64,000 nt of DNA from Desulfatiglandales bacterium (GTDB taxonomy: Bacteria > Desulfobacterota > DSM-4660 > Desulfatiglandales > HGW-15): contig CAXXJJ010000001.1 of the NCBI GenBank assembly GCA_963667015.2, forward strand, positions 1,984,001 to 2,048,000. The letters are read 5' to 3'. The notes beneath the pieces were generated by a model, which saw only the letters and a list, made by a program, of their open reading frames with translations, had not been told where the DNA came from and ran no database searches. How positions within the stretch are numbered: the first letter of the stretch is position 1; the number at the start of each line of letters is the position of its first letter. Below are positions 21,847 to 31,729 of this stretch, one piece after another. The position numbers were made by a program, and so were the translations under genes.

Positions 21847-21884
21847 TGATTACACTTATATAACAGTAGTCAATTAGATGTCAA
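21847..21884 (-). promoter_or_regulatory. sigma70 promoter overlapped by an imperfect palindrome (putative GntR operator)
   Basis: Minus-strand TTGACA at 21884-21879 with a TA-rich -10; TGATTAC-N12-GTAGTCA inverted repeat. Confidence 0.5.
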
Positions 21885-22079
21885 GAATAAAAAAACAGAG
21901 ATCAGAAGTCAGAGATCAGATGTCAGAGGGCAATAAGAAATCTCCTGTAAGGACTTTTCTGAAATAATTGTGATCCGGATAGGTCATTCAGCTGAGAACT
22001 GTGCCACAGTCTTTCGATGGGATCAGGGTATGATAAAGCGGTGGAGGGGGAAACCCGATACTGTTGTCTTAGGGTTTAG

Positions 22080-22278
22080 TTTTTAGCCGCATCGCGGTGT
22101 TATGTTAATAGTCACAATAATACAAAAATAAATAGCCCCATAGGGGCGACATAGTTGGAATGTATCGCTCCTACAGAGCTTAGAATATTATTTGTCCCTG
22201 AGAGCCTATTAACATATCGCATCCAGAGATGCTTTTGGGAAACAAGTTTCTTAAATCAACAACATTGGGCATAAAACC
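22080..22278 (+). repeat. About 200-bp REP/MITE-like element, copy A
   Basis: Colinear reverse complement of 25636-25834 (ccgcatcgcggtg, cgctcctacagagctt, atcgcatccag, tcaacaacattggg blocks). Confidence 0.8.
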
Positions 22279-22365
22279 GCACCCCACGTTGAAAAGGGAG
22301 GTTTTTCGCAGGGTGATATTCTTGTCCCGGCATAGCCTTGGCGACGACGGCAGCCTGCTTTTCCC

Positions 22366-22857
22366 CTATGCCTTTAACCTTTCAATTTCTTCCTTGGCCT
22401 TTATTAATTCCGCGCTTGTTTCTCTTAAACGTTCCGCCAGGATCTGAGAAAAAACCCTGTAAAGGATGCTTGAAAAAATGTACTTGTCATTACCCGATAA
22501 TCTATCAATATAGGAGGCATCTGTTGCCAGGCAGACTGTCTTATCAACTGAATAAATGGTTGCAGAGCGTGGAGAAGCGTCAATTATGCCCATTTCACCA
22601 AATACATCCCCTGTACGTTTTAGAATACTCAAACTTTCATCGTTCTTGACTACTTTTATTTTTCCGCTGATAAGAAAAAATATCCAGGAATCATAACCGC
22701 CTTCTTTCAGAATCACCTCTCCCGGCTCATATTGCCTTAATTTACTCATTTCAAGGATTCCTAAAAGGTCCTTGTCAGAAAAATCTTCAAAGCTCGGTAT
22801 TTTTTTTAATTTTTCAACATATTTAAGATTGTCCTTTAAATATTCAGATTCGATCAT
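22366..22857 (-). CDS. Cyclic nucleotide-binding domain protein
   Basis: GDVFGEMGIIDASPRSATI cNMP motif. Confidence 0.9.
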   Translation of the reverse strand: MIESEYLKDNLKYVEKLKKIPSFEDFSDKDLLGILEMSKLRQYEPGEVILKEGGYDSWIFFLISGKIKVVKNDESLSILKRTGDVFGEMGIIDASPRSATIYSVDKTVCLATDASYIDRLSGNDKYIFSSILYRVFSQILAERLRETSAELIKAKEEIERLKA

Positions 22858-23099
22858 GTCATGTCTCCCCTGATAAGATTGCTGAAAAGGCTTTATTAAT
22901 CCTTATGCCCCTGACAATAATTTCAACGTCTGTATTCTTGTGTTATTTATAAATTTATATAAATAAAAAACAATCCTATCACAATTTGATTATTTTGGGA
23001 AAACTTCAGATTGCAAATATAAATAAAAATTAAAGACTGTTTTTAGAGTTATTTGATTTTAATCAGCTTACTTTCAATAGTTAAAAGCGGCGTATTATT

Positions 23100-23510
23100 T
23101 CATTTAATAAAATCTTTTGGCACGGTTTCTTCATATGCCGGCAGATCATCTGTGATTGAGTACCATGATGCTTTAGACCCGACAAAAATATTGACAACAG
23201 GTTTAAGATTGGGGTCATCATCCAAAGTGCCTGCCGGAATGGCAACATTATTATACTCCTCAAAAATAGCGGGAACGCAGGACCCACAGATTTTACAGAA
23301 GGATCGATTTATTTCAGGAGATGGGTTATAAACCTGAATATGCTCTTCCCCTTTAATCCATTTGAAATAATCTTTACTGATATGAAGGAAACTGCCAAAG
23401 GCCGCACCGCTTGCTTTTCTGCATTGCGAACAATGACAATTATTAATTAATTGACCCTGTTCGGCTAATTCATATTCGATTTTTCCGCATAAACATGAGC
23501 CTTTGATCAT
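23100..23510 (-). CDS. GFA family (CENP-V/Mss4-like) zinc protein
   Basis: GSCLCG, CHCSQCRKASG, RSFCKICGS. Confidence 0.92.
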   Translation of the reverse strand: MIKGSCLCGKIEYELAEQGQLINNCHCSQCRKASGAAFGSFLHISKDYFKWIKGEEHIQVYNPSPEINRSFCKICGSCVPAIFEEYNNVAIPAGTLDDDPNLKPVVNIFVGSKASWYSITDDLPAYEETVPKDFIK

Positions 23511-23562
23511 TAGAATGCCTCCGGAGAAGATAACTGCTTAAAAACTGCTCATGGCAGCATGT

Positions 23563-24321
23563 TTATATGTTGTCTCGTGGAGCAGATTGGATTCCTCTCA
23601 TATGATCGATTACAAGCCATGGAAGCCAGAGACCAGGTTCAGCGCAAATATCATCTCCTGAGATATACTCCACACACTTAACCGCTTCCTCAAGGCTGTC
23701 GATGAATCCGTACCGGTTCGGTTTGATTCCGAGGGATTCCTCTACTTGAGTATCAAGGCTGTTGCAAAGCCACGAACAAGACAGTGTATAATCGAATGCC
23801 AGAGGTTCGAATCCGAGAACATCTCCACTTTGTATCGGTAACTTCTCTTCCAGAATGGCTTCGTGAATTCCCTGCCGTCCATTTGGCGCGAATCCCGGCT
23901 GCTGAAGGAGAGGTTCTGCTTTTTTACAAAACTCCTGCACCATATCCCTGTGTAAACATAATTCAAGAACCCTGACCCCGGGCACATTTCTGAGAAAACG
24001 AATAACGAGTTCTTCTGCTGTTTCATAATTAAAAATTACGTTCGGCCATCCGATTGACCTGCCGAATCGTGATGTTGCCCATTCTGTGATTTCATTCAGA
24101 TCATGTAAACTCAAACCAAACTTTTCAGATTCTTCAATTCGATTATCCCAGGTGTCCTGTGTCCATTCAATGCACCAGGTATCAGGAATAAAGGGCCCAA
24201 TGCAACCTGATGCACTGACAATATGATCTGGCAATAAATCAGGAGATACATATGAAGGTCGATCAACCTCACATGTAATAAGAAAACCGCCGGAAATAAA
24301 GTTTGATAGATGTTTTTCCAT
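23563..24321 (-). CDS. Hypothetical protein
   Basis: 252-aa ORF with a plausible RBS. Confidence 0.65.
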   Translation of the reverse strand: MEKHLSNFISGGFLITCEVDRPSYVSPDLLPDHIVSASGCIGPFIPDTWCIEWTQDTWDNRIEESEKFGLSLHDLNEITEWATSRFGRSIGWPNVIFNYETAEELVIRFLRNVPGVRVLELCLHRDMVQEFCKKAEPLLQQPGFAPNGRQGIHEAILEEKLPIQSGDVLGFEPLAFDYTLSCSWLCNSLDTQVEESLGIKPNRYGFIDSLEEAVKCVEYISGDDICAEPGLWLPWLVIDHMRGIQSAPRDNI

Positions 24322-24436
24322 TATCTATTCAGCCTCAATTAAAGCGCTCACAAGCACTGCAATAACTTCAAACCGCAATGCAAATGTACTTCTTAATGTT
24401 TTTAATGGTATTATATTTTCACTGGTTGGTTCTTTT

Positions 24437-25297
24437 TTAAATTTTACTTGGGGCATCAATTATTTTTCTCACTTTCATATCAGTTCTTTCATAGGAATTT
24501 TCTATTTCCACATTCACATAACCTTCCAATTCGAGAAGATATCCATTCGCACAAATATATATTTCTCTATATAATTGAGCAAAAGTCAAAGGATCATACA
24601 ATGCATATCCTTTTCCTTTAGCTTCTCCTCCTTTAGGATCATTTACCTTAACATTAAAGGTTAACTCAGTAACGACACAACTCTGATCCTTGTAAGTTCC
24701 CAAACCTTTAACAACTTCTCTAAATTTAAATGGAATATTCAGCAGAATAATTTGATTAAAATAGCTACTATAGGATTCTGTTAAAATATCTCCTGTGTTG
24801 ATAATTTTGCCTGCTAATGAGAGTCTGTTTTTTATAATCTCATCCATCCTCTTCTTCGAAGTATTTATTGACTCACTGGGTATATCATCCAGGTAGTCAG
24901 CATCTAAATCCATCTTTACTAATTTGCCATTTATTTCATGGATGCAATCAAATTTTCCAATAAGGTTTTCTCGTTTTTCTGATGAATATCTGACCATGTC
25001 GTATATGTTACTGCTATAAACTAAGTTGTTATCAACTTTAGTATCTATTGTGGTATCTGTTTCAGTACGATAGGTTATATTACTTTCTCCCTTTGTCACT
25101 GTAAGTTTTAAAAAATCTTTTGCCTTGTAATTTGCATCAACTATTTTTATTTTTATACCATCTTTTATTTCTGTTACAGGAGGAGGAGATGGGAATACGG
25201 ATGAAGTAAAGGAAGGCAAACTCCCATATGGATTAGTATTTTTACACCCAAAGAAAAATAAAAGACACAAAACTAAAGTAAAACTGAACTTATTCAT
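24437..25297 (-). CDS. Hypothetical lipoprotein
   Basis: Signal peptide ending FFGC; AT-rich. Confidence 0.65.
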   Translation of the reverse strand: MNKFSFTLVLCLLFFFGCKNTNPYGSLPSFTSSVFPSPPPVTEIKDGIKIKIVDANYKAKDFLKLTVTKGESNITYRTETDTTIDTKVDNNLVYSSNIYDMVRYSSEKRENLIGKFDCIHEINGKLVKMDLDADYLDDIPSESINTSKKRMDEIIKNRLSLAGKIINTGDILTESYSSYFNQIILLNIPFKFREVVKGLGTYKDQSCVVTELTFNVKVNDPKGGEAKGKGYALYDPLTFAQLYREIYICANGYLLELEGYVNVEIENSYERTDMKVRKIIDAPSKI

Positions 25298-25635
25298 TAT
25301 CACTCACCTATTTCTTTTCTGAATATCATTAGTTGTTAAAATTGCCATAATTACTTTTTTCTTGCTCACCGGCCATCATGGGGATATCTGGTTTGCCGCT
25401 CTTCGTTGTGTCGTCAATCAACGAATAGTACAGATTTGCTCAGTTAAATCCACAAAACAGGATGGGGGGCAGTATCTAACAGGATTAATTCTATAACATT
25501 TCTTAGGTTTATTTAACATAAATATGAAGCTTTTCATTTCATTTTATAATTCAGGTAATAAATTGGGGATTGTTCCTATTTACTCATAACTATCCCGCTG
25601 TTAAATTAACTGTTATACCCCACCATATGGAGACA

Positions 25636-25834
25636 GGTTTAAATCCCAATGTTGTTGAAATAAGGAAGTTGCATCCAAAAAGCATCCCTGGATGCGATAT
25701 ATTAATAGAAACACAGATGCATATAAAATGATAAGCTCTGTAGGAGCGGCACATGAAAACTATATCACCCCTCCGGGGCTAAATATTTATGTAATATTGT
25801 GGCTATTAATATATCACCGCGATGCGGTTAAAAA
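25636..25834 (-). repeat. About 200-bp REP/MITE-like element, copy B (inverted), flanked by a duplicated REP sequence (25613-25643 / 25862-25892)
   Basis: Reverse complement of 22080-22278; ttataccccaccat..ggagacaggtttaaa occurs on both sides. Confidence 0.8.
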
Positions 25835-26036
25835 TTAATGCTTAAAGCAACAATACTGGTTTTATACCCCACCATGCGGAGACAGGTTTAAAACCTGTCT
25901 CTACAAAATGGAGATCTTTACTGATTCAGAAATTATGATACAGCCTTCAGTCTATCAGCCTGCTTAATTGCCTGCCCCTCTCTAAACTCCTTATCCAATA
26001 TCAGGGTTTACCCTGACAGACATACTTTTTATTTAC

Positions 26037-26702
26037 TTAATCCAGACTGAACGGGGGATATTCGTCAGTAACAAGGAGAAAGGCATATGCGTAAACCCTT
26101 AATCCCCAGCGCATAACCCCCACAACAAAATAAAACAGTTCCTTCGGGTAACTGCCAGTTCGCAGGATAATGAACCATGCAATAATCACCGAAAAAATGG
26201 CAGCAATGGCCAGAAAAGTCAGAATAAAATAATGGGGAATTGCCAGCAGCCATTTGAACAGAGGCTGATATTGATCGAGGTCTTTTTCCGCATCGGGATA
26301 GTCTATCTCCAGGTGAACGGACTGTTCATCAACGGTTGAAGGATACCGGTCGGTCAGTAGAAAAAGGTAAGCAATGACCCTTGTGGCAAAACAGGTCAGT
26401 TCCCGGGCAAAATCAAACCACCAGCGTGGATAACGCTGCCTAAAGATGATCATTAAGGCGGTAACAATAAAAAGGCTGGCAAGTATCCCCCCTGAGGTGT
26501 GGCTGTTTTTCAAAACGACCTCTCCTGCAGCGCTCTCGCTGATAGTTTTTGTAACAGTCTCGCCGGAATTTAACAGGATGCCCAGAATTATGGAAATTGG
26601 AATAATCAGTATCAGACGAAAGAGGGTTTTCACTTTATCCTGTTTTTCAGGATAATCAATCGTAAGACGCAGGGCATATCGTGACATATTAAATACTCCC
26701 AT
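26037..26702 (-). CDS. DUF4389 membrane protein
   Basis: Two repeats of ..YP.W.F.F.....RV.AY..LLTD.YP. Confidence 0.85.
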   Translation of the reverse strand: MGVFNMSRYALRLTIDYPEKQDKVKTLFRLILIIPISIILGILLNSGETVTKTISESAAGEVVLKNSHTSGGILASLFIVTALMIIFRQRYPRWWFDFARELTCFATRVIAYLFLLTDRYPSTVDEQSVHLEIDYPDAEKDLDQYQPLFKWLLAIPHYFILTFLAIAAIFSVIIAWFIILRTGSYPKELFYFVVGVMRWGLRVYAYAFLLVTDEYPPFSLD

Positions 26703-26793
26703 CAGAATAATTCATTTATTTTATAATATCTTAATCTGCTATTCTATGGATCTGAATATCTTTATAAATAGAATGTTATATATTTACCTGATA

Positions 26794-27597
26794 TCACCTG
26801 CTTTTATTCGTAAAAGGCATAAGCCACATATGCCAGAAACCCAGATTTTTAAATTTCCGGTGTGATCCGATACCGATTAATATTTTAGACTGATCTATGC
26901 CCCAGGTTAACGTGTTCAGAAATCGATCCCAAAAAGAAAATAAAACGCCGTAATTGGAGTCACGTTCTTTTATTTTTACAGAATGATGCACGCGGTGCAT
27001 TGAAGGCGGCACAAAAAATAAAACCCATATTTTTTCAAAAATTGGATTTACCCTTATACTGCTGTGATGAAACTGTATGGAAAAATTTACCATGATTTCG
27101 AAAAGCATATAAGTGATAAATGAAACACCGACTGAATATACAACCATCATGCGGACAAGGCCTGACATAAGAATTTCACCAATGTGAAAACGGCTTGCGG
27201 TAGACACATCCATATTCATATCTGAGTGATGAACCCGATGGAAGCGCCATAAAAATGGTACAGCATGGTTGAGGAGATGCCAAATATATAAAGCAAAATC
27301 AAGTATTAAAATTCCCAAAATTATTTTTAACCAACCCGGCATCGAATAAGAATTCAGCAGCCCGATTTGTCTGCTTTCTGCCGTCACAATAATTTCGGTA
27401 ATAACAGAAAAATAAATGAGATAGTAAACAGAACCGTTAATAATGGAAAGCGGAAGATTAGTTATCCAGCGTCTTGTCTTCGATACACTGGCCTGACGGT
27501 AGGAAAGGCTTAACTCCAGAACAAGGAATAAAGATAATCCTCCCCAGTAAAAGATCGTTTTTAAAGTATTAATATCAGTAAATGTAGTGTTATCCAA
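26794..27597 (-). CDS. Sterol desaturase / fatty acid hydroxylase family protein
   Basis: His boxes HLLNH, HRVHH, FHH, HRVHH; NYG..FSFWDR. Confidence 0.9.
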   Translation of the reverse strand: MDNTTFTDINTLKTIFYWGGLSLFLVLELSLSYRQASVSKTRRWITNLPLSIINGSVYYLIYFSVITEIIVTAESRQIGLLNSYSMPGWLKIILGILILDFALYIWHLLNHAVPFLWRFHRVHHSDMNMDVSTASRFHIGEILMSGLVRMMVVYSVGVSFITYMLFEIMVNFSIQFHHSSIRVNPIFEKIWVLFFVPPSMHRVHHSVKIKERDSNYGVLFSFWDRFLNTLTWGIDQSKILIGIGSHRKFKNLGFWHMWLMPFTNKSR

Positions 27598-27841
27598 AAT
27601 AATACCCGAACATGTTTGGCAAACAGTTAAAACCGAACAAATTATTGTATGAAGCTGTAAATATTTATAAAAAGAACGTTATGCAGAAAGATAGTTATAT
27701 AAAAAATAAGCAGGTCGGGTAAGCGAAGCCTTTCAACCTGCGCTCAAGGCCCTGGGTCTATCGAAGGGCAACCCAACAAAGATGCTGTTCTTGCAATGAT
27801 TATACTGAGTTGAAAAGTTAACGGCGTCATTCTCACCCTTT

Positions 27842-28558
27842 CTACCTTGTAAGACTCCCGTCCATGTGTCGCATATTGTCTTTTTGGGAGTTCTCCGATA
27901 CCGCTCCAAGTACTATATTGAAGTTAACCGAATACTCATGTTCTCTGTTTTTTACGGGTATAAACTCCGGCTGCAGGGATTCTCTCTGATCACTGTCTTT
28001 TATACCCTGAAGGACCATGTCTCTCTTGTTCAGGCTGTTGCCCCTGATATACATCTGTGTTGTAAGCATGCGCTTACCGTTTACCATTACAATAAAATGT
28101 ATATGCGGTGCCCGGGTTATTGAGCCCATGGTGTATGACACAGGCATTGCAGTCCTGAAATAATACTCTCCTGAGGGTCCGGTGACAAAACGGCCGAACC
28201 CCTGAAAGTTCCTGTCTCTTTTACCCTGATCAGGGCTGCGGGAATGGAGATAAACCATATTACTGTCTGCCTGCCAGATTTCAACAGCAGCATTCCTGAT
28301 CGGTTTACCTTCAGTATCCATTATTACACCGGTCAGGTGAACGATTTCACCACTTGCTTTTGCCGCTGAATTATTTATCACAAGGAGATCATTGTCAGTA
28401 TCAGCAGGATATTTATCCGGGTAAAAGGGACCTTCGGTCTGTCCCGGTGTTATTACAGGATCTACTGCCATGGCATTCCCTGCTGATAATCCCATGATAC
28501 AGAAAATCAGAAACTGCAGCTGATAATTTTTCTTGAGGAAATTAGAAATGATATTCAT
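27842..28558 (-). CDS. Intradiol ring-cleavage dioxygenase family protein (secreted)
   Basis: TEGPFYP, VEIWQAD, RAPHIHF, LTTQMY; signal peptide. Confidence 0.85.
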   Translation of the reverse strand: MNIISNFLKKNYQLQFLIFCIMGLSAGNAMAVDPVITPGQTEGPFYPDKYPADTDNDLLVINNSAAKASGEIVHLTGVIMDTEGKPIRNAAVEIWQADSNMVYLHSRSPDQGKRDRNFQGFGRFVTGPSGEYYFRTAMPVSYTMGSITRAPHIHFIVMVNGKRMLTTQMYIRGNSLNKRDMVLQGIKDSDQRESLQPEFIPVKNREHEYSVNFNIVLGAVSENSQKDNMRHMDGSLTR

Positions 28559-28987
28559 ATTTATCCTCCTTCCTGTTAAGAAAAGACCGTCGACATGATA
28601 CTGCTATTTACCCATTTTGGCAACTCTGCCATTTTGGGTAAATAAGGATTTTATTGCACTGATTTTACATTTCACTTTTATTTGACGATTCTGGCAGTTC
28701 TGTATTTATCCCAAAGGTAGAACCTTTGACCAGGGCAACCCGTACTAAAATCATTATATGATGAAGAGCGCCTGGAGTATCTATTCTTGATTGTCGGGGC
28801 ATGTAGCATAAATAAAAAATCAAACAGCATGTTACGTCATATTTTCATGGACGCTTTGACGTCACCATTGACCACTTTATATTGCGAAGCGCAAGGTCTA
28901 ATACCTCGTCGCGTGCGGCGGGGCAGCTCATTCCCATGGTCTCCATGGGGATATAGTCACAGGACGCTCTGCGTCATTTCTAAATTT

Positions 28988-28995
28988 GTTGGCAT
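28988..28995 (-). other. Truncated attC (R'' only) of the TA cassette
   Basis: ATGCCAAC just after the toxin stop, nearly complementary to that cassette's entry site GTTGCAT. Confidence 0.45.
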
Positions 28996-29001
28996 CTCAA
29001 T

Positions 29002-29328
29002 TTATTTGGCTAATCTATCGAGTAAGATATCTTCGACATTTCGTCTTTCATCTATAACCGTTAAAACAAAAGCCGTTGTATCTGATATTCTGTAAATAAT
29101 TCTCCAGGGAGTTAAAATTAATTCTCGATAGGTATGAATGCCTTGTTCTTTTAGCTCAGGGACTATTCGCCCCCTAACTGGCATTGAATATAGTGTTGAT
29201 ACTTTTTGTTTGATTTTTTGTAGGATTCGTAAAGCGTTGCCAGGACTGCCAATGGCTATATAATCAATTATTTGTTTTAAATCATGTTGTGCTGTCTCCG
29301 CCCATACAACTTGATATTTTTTATTCAT
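29002..29328 (-). CDS. Type II toxin, RelE/ParE family (gene cassette)
   Basis: AQHDLKQIIDYIA, GRIVPEL, YRELILTPWRIIYRI; overlaps the antitoxin stop. Confidence 0.92.
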   Translation of the reverse strand: MNKKYQVVWAETAQHDLKQIIDYIAIGSPGNALRILQKIKQKVSTLYSMPVRGRIVPELKEQGIHTYRELILTPWRIIYRISDTTAFVLTVIDERRNVEDILLDRLAK

Positions 29329-29606
29329 TTACTTTTTGCCTTCAATCCCTTTTCCATATCTTTAAAAACATCTTCCTGTGCTCTAACTCGTCCATCTCTG
29401 ACGTTGGATTCACCTTCAGAAATAAGCTTTAAAATGCCGATAGCGTTGCGCATATTTTCATAGCTTTCAGGATCTTGTAATACTGCTCGGGGTTCACCAT
29501 TTTGAGTGATTACAACAGGACGACGGGTGTCATTGATTTGCTTGAGTAAGTCTGCTGCTCGTGACTTCAAAAAAGTTACCGGTTTTATATCATTTGTAAT
29601 ATTCAT
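29325..29606 (-). CDS. Type II antitoxin, Phd/YefM family (gene cassette)
   Basis: DIKPVTFLK...RPVVITQNGEPRAVL. Confidence 0.92.
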   Translation of the reverse strand: MNITNDIKPVTFLKSRAADLLKQINDTRRPVVITQNGEPRAVLQDPESYENMRNAIGILKLISEGESNVRDGRVRAQEDVFKDMEKGLKAKSK

Positions 29607-29618
29607 TTTGCTTTCCTC

Positions 29619-29656
29619 CAGTCCGAATATGGTACCATAATCGAACTGAATATCAA
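29619..29656 (-). promoter_or_regulatory. TA promoter with 30-bp palindromic operator
   Basis: TTGATA...TGGTACCAT on the minus strand; cagtccgaatatggtaccataatcgaactg imperfect palindrome (29619-29648). Confidence 0.65.
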
Positions 29657-29662
29657 GCCTTG

Positions 29663-29726
29663 ATGCAACGCTTCGGCTCAGGAGCAGCGTGATTTTTACG
29701 CTGTCACCTGAAGCCGGTTGTTGTGC
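29663..29726 (-). other. attC site (64 bp)
   Basis: R'' GCACAAC ... R' GTTGCAT, internal inverted repeat; near-identical to 33084-33147. Confidence 0.88.
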
Positions 29727-30452
29727 TCAGTTGAAAAAGCCAAATCTTATTACATCGAACTTACATGCATCAACACAGGTACCGCATAGGATGCATTCAG
29801 TGTTCTCCATTTTATTGGTGTTAACCATCATTTCGACAGGAAGACTCATTGGACAAATTTTCGTACATTTATGGCAATGAGCGCAATCTTCAGGAGTCGC
29901 TTTCAATTGTAAAGATACCCATTTAACTCTGTTCCTTATTTTCCTTCCCAAAATCATGAAAGGAGCTATCCAGCATAAATGATGGCAAAAGGACCTTCTC
30001 CCAAAAATAAAAGAAGGGATTACTATCAAAAAGAAAAGTACACACAGATAAGCAATAAAAGTGCTAAAATCTCCAATTGATAAACCATGTGTGGTCTCGT
30101 AAAAAAAATCTATATCTTTATACCCGCCATGCCTGACAGCCAAAAATATGATTGTTCCGATCCATGGAATCCAAATTATCCATTTAATAAAATTGCCTTT
30201 TGTTACTTTTTTGTCTCTGGCTAAAAAGATTGCCTCCTGACAGCCTGCCCCTGGACAAACCCATCCGCAGTAGGCCCTGCCAAGAAAGAGAGCACATACA
30301 AACAATAGGAAAAAAATTATAAAACTGCCATTGACAACCCCGTTTAGTGCAGCTCGGATTATGACAACAGGTGATAGATAGTAGAATGTTGCCGGAAATA
30401 GAAAAAAGGATGTCAGAATAATCCCTTTTCTTAAATTTTGTCTGTTTTTCAT
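29727..30452 (-). CDS. 4Fe-4S binding membrane protein (NapH/MauN-like), gene cassette
   Basis: GRAYCGWVCP, FCHHLC, two CxxCxxCxxxC ferredoxin motifs. Confidence 0.88.
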   Translation of the reverse strand: MKNRQNLRKGIILTSFFLFPATFYYLSPVVIIRAALNGVVNGSFIIFFLLFVCALFLGRAYCGWVCPGAGCQEAIFLARDKKVTKGNFIKWIIWIPWIGTIIFLAVRHGGYKDIDFFYETTHGLSIGDFSTFIAYLCVLFFLIVIPSFIFGRRSFCHHLCWIAPFMILGRKIRNRVKWVSLQLKATPEDCAHCHKCTKICPMSLPVEMMVNTNKMENTECILCGTCVDACKFDVIRFGFFN

Positions 30453-30486
30453 CGTCCTTAATTCCTATTATAGTTGTAGACTCTAA

Positions 30487-30559
30487 GCACAACGCCGAAG
30501 CTTACCGGATTGTGTGTAGCAAGGCGGAACACAATTCCGAGTAAAGCGATTTGTTATAC
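30487..30559 (-). other. attC site (73 bp)
   Basis: R'' GTATAAC directly after a TAA stop ... R' GTTGTGC; related to 31608-31679. Confidence 0.88.
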
Positions 30560-31174
30560 TTATGAGAGGTTATTTGCTCGTAATAGCAATCCATTGAATT
30601 TTTTATTAAAGTTTGTAGCATATGAAACACATGCAGTAAGAGTAATCAACCAGTGACTTTCAAAAATAAAATGGAAAATAACGAAAACGGTGCTAACAAT
30701 TATTGTACTTAATACGACTTGTTTAATGCTAGCATTTTCATCATCTATATTATCTTCATTTATGTTTCCACTTCGAAGGCCACCAAGTAAAACAGCACCA
30801 CTAATAAAATTTAATATAGGGAAAACAATTAGCACTTCTTTTTCAATTAATAAGATATAATATCCTCCCCATATCCCTGTCGCTCCATTTATAATACCCA
30901 TGAATAAAACCATGGCTTTTTTTTCCAACAGTGTTTTTTCTCTATTTGAAAAGGCATGGTATATAGTTAGAAATAAGCCAATAAAAAGCATAAGGACGAG
31001 AATATAAATAAATGGATTATCGCCATCTATTGAGAAAGATATTGTTTTCCATTCTTTGATGATTCCTGATGTTATAAGAAGTATTAACGAATAACCTGTA
31101 GCGAACATAGTTAATTCATCAAAATGAGGGTTGAAAAATTGCTCTATTGATTTCTTTATTTCCATGTACACCAT
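30560..31174 (-). CDS. Hypothetical membrane protein, gene cassette
   Basis: AT-rich multi-TM ORF ending at an attC. Confidence 0.75.
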   Translation of the reverse strand: MVYMEIKKSIEQFFNPHFDELTMFATGYSLILLITSGIIKEWKTISFSIDGDNPFIYILVLMLFIGLFLTIYHAFSNREKTLLEKKAMVLFMGIINGATGIWGGYYILLIEKEVLIVFPILNFISGAVLLGGLRSGNINEDNIDDENASIKQVVLSTIIVSTVFVIFHFIFESHWLITLTACVSYATNFNKKFNGLLLRANNLS

Positions 31175-31212
31175 AATTGTTAAATGCTAAAGAAGGTCCC
31201 TTCTTTACTCTT

Positions 31213-31566
31213 TTATTCACCATACCATCTTTTAATAACAGTGGAATTATTCTTATCTATTAAGTATCTTGCATCCCCTCCAACTATGGTTGGAGAAGGC
31301 GGGCCTATATATATCCAAATACCCTCACTTGATTCCTCTAATTCAATATCTCCAAAATTTTCTGCAAAATATTTTTTAAAATTGGACACATTAATTTTCG
31401 CATATGGAACATAATGCTGTTCAAGGTCGTCAATCATGGAAGATATAGCCATAGCATGGCTATTAGAAATTATGATTTTATTATTGGTTGCATTTGAGAA
31501 TGCAATTGAAAAGCTACATATTATCAATATTAAAGATAATAATATGAATATTTTTTTAAGATGCAT
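31213..31566 (-). CDS. Hypothetical secreted protein, gene cassette (attC truncated to R'' at 31179-31185)
   Basis: GGAGG RBS and signal peptide; entry GTTAAAT matches exit ATTTAAC. Confidence 0.75.
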   Translation of the reverse strand: MHLKKIFILLSLILIICSFSIAFSNATNNKIIISNSHAMAISSMIDDLEQHYVPYAKINVSNFKKYFAENFGDIELEESSEGIWIYIGPPSPTIVGGDARYLIDKNNSTVIKRWYGE

Positions 31567-31607
31567 AAAATTACCTCCTATTCACCATTGGCTTATGTTT
31601 CCATTAC

Positions 31608-31679
31608 ATTTAACAACGAGCTTACAGGGATGTGTGAAGCAAGGCGGAACACATTTCCTAGTAAAGCGTGATGTTCGGA
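31608..31679 (-). other. attC site (72 bp)
   Basis: R'' TCCGAAC ... R' GTTAAAT; shares the agcaaggcggaacaca core with the 30487 site. Confidence 0.85.
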
Positions 31680-31729
31680 AACGCTGTTTTCTATTCTGCC
31701 AAAAAAGAAGACCTGATAACTTTTCATTT

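Noticed and set aside
23511..24436. Possible degenerate attC sites around the GFA and hypothetical genes
   Set aside because: No matching R''/R' pairs or convincing inverted repeats.
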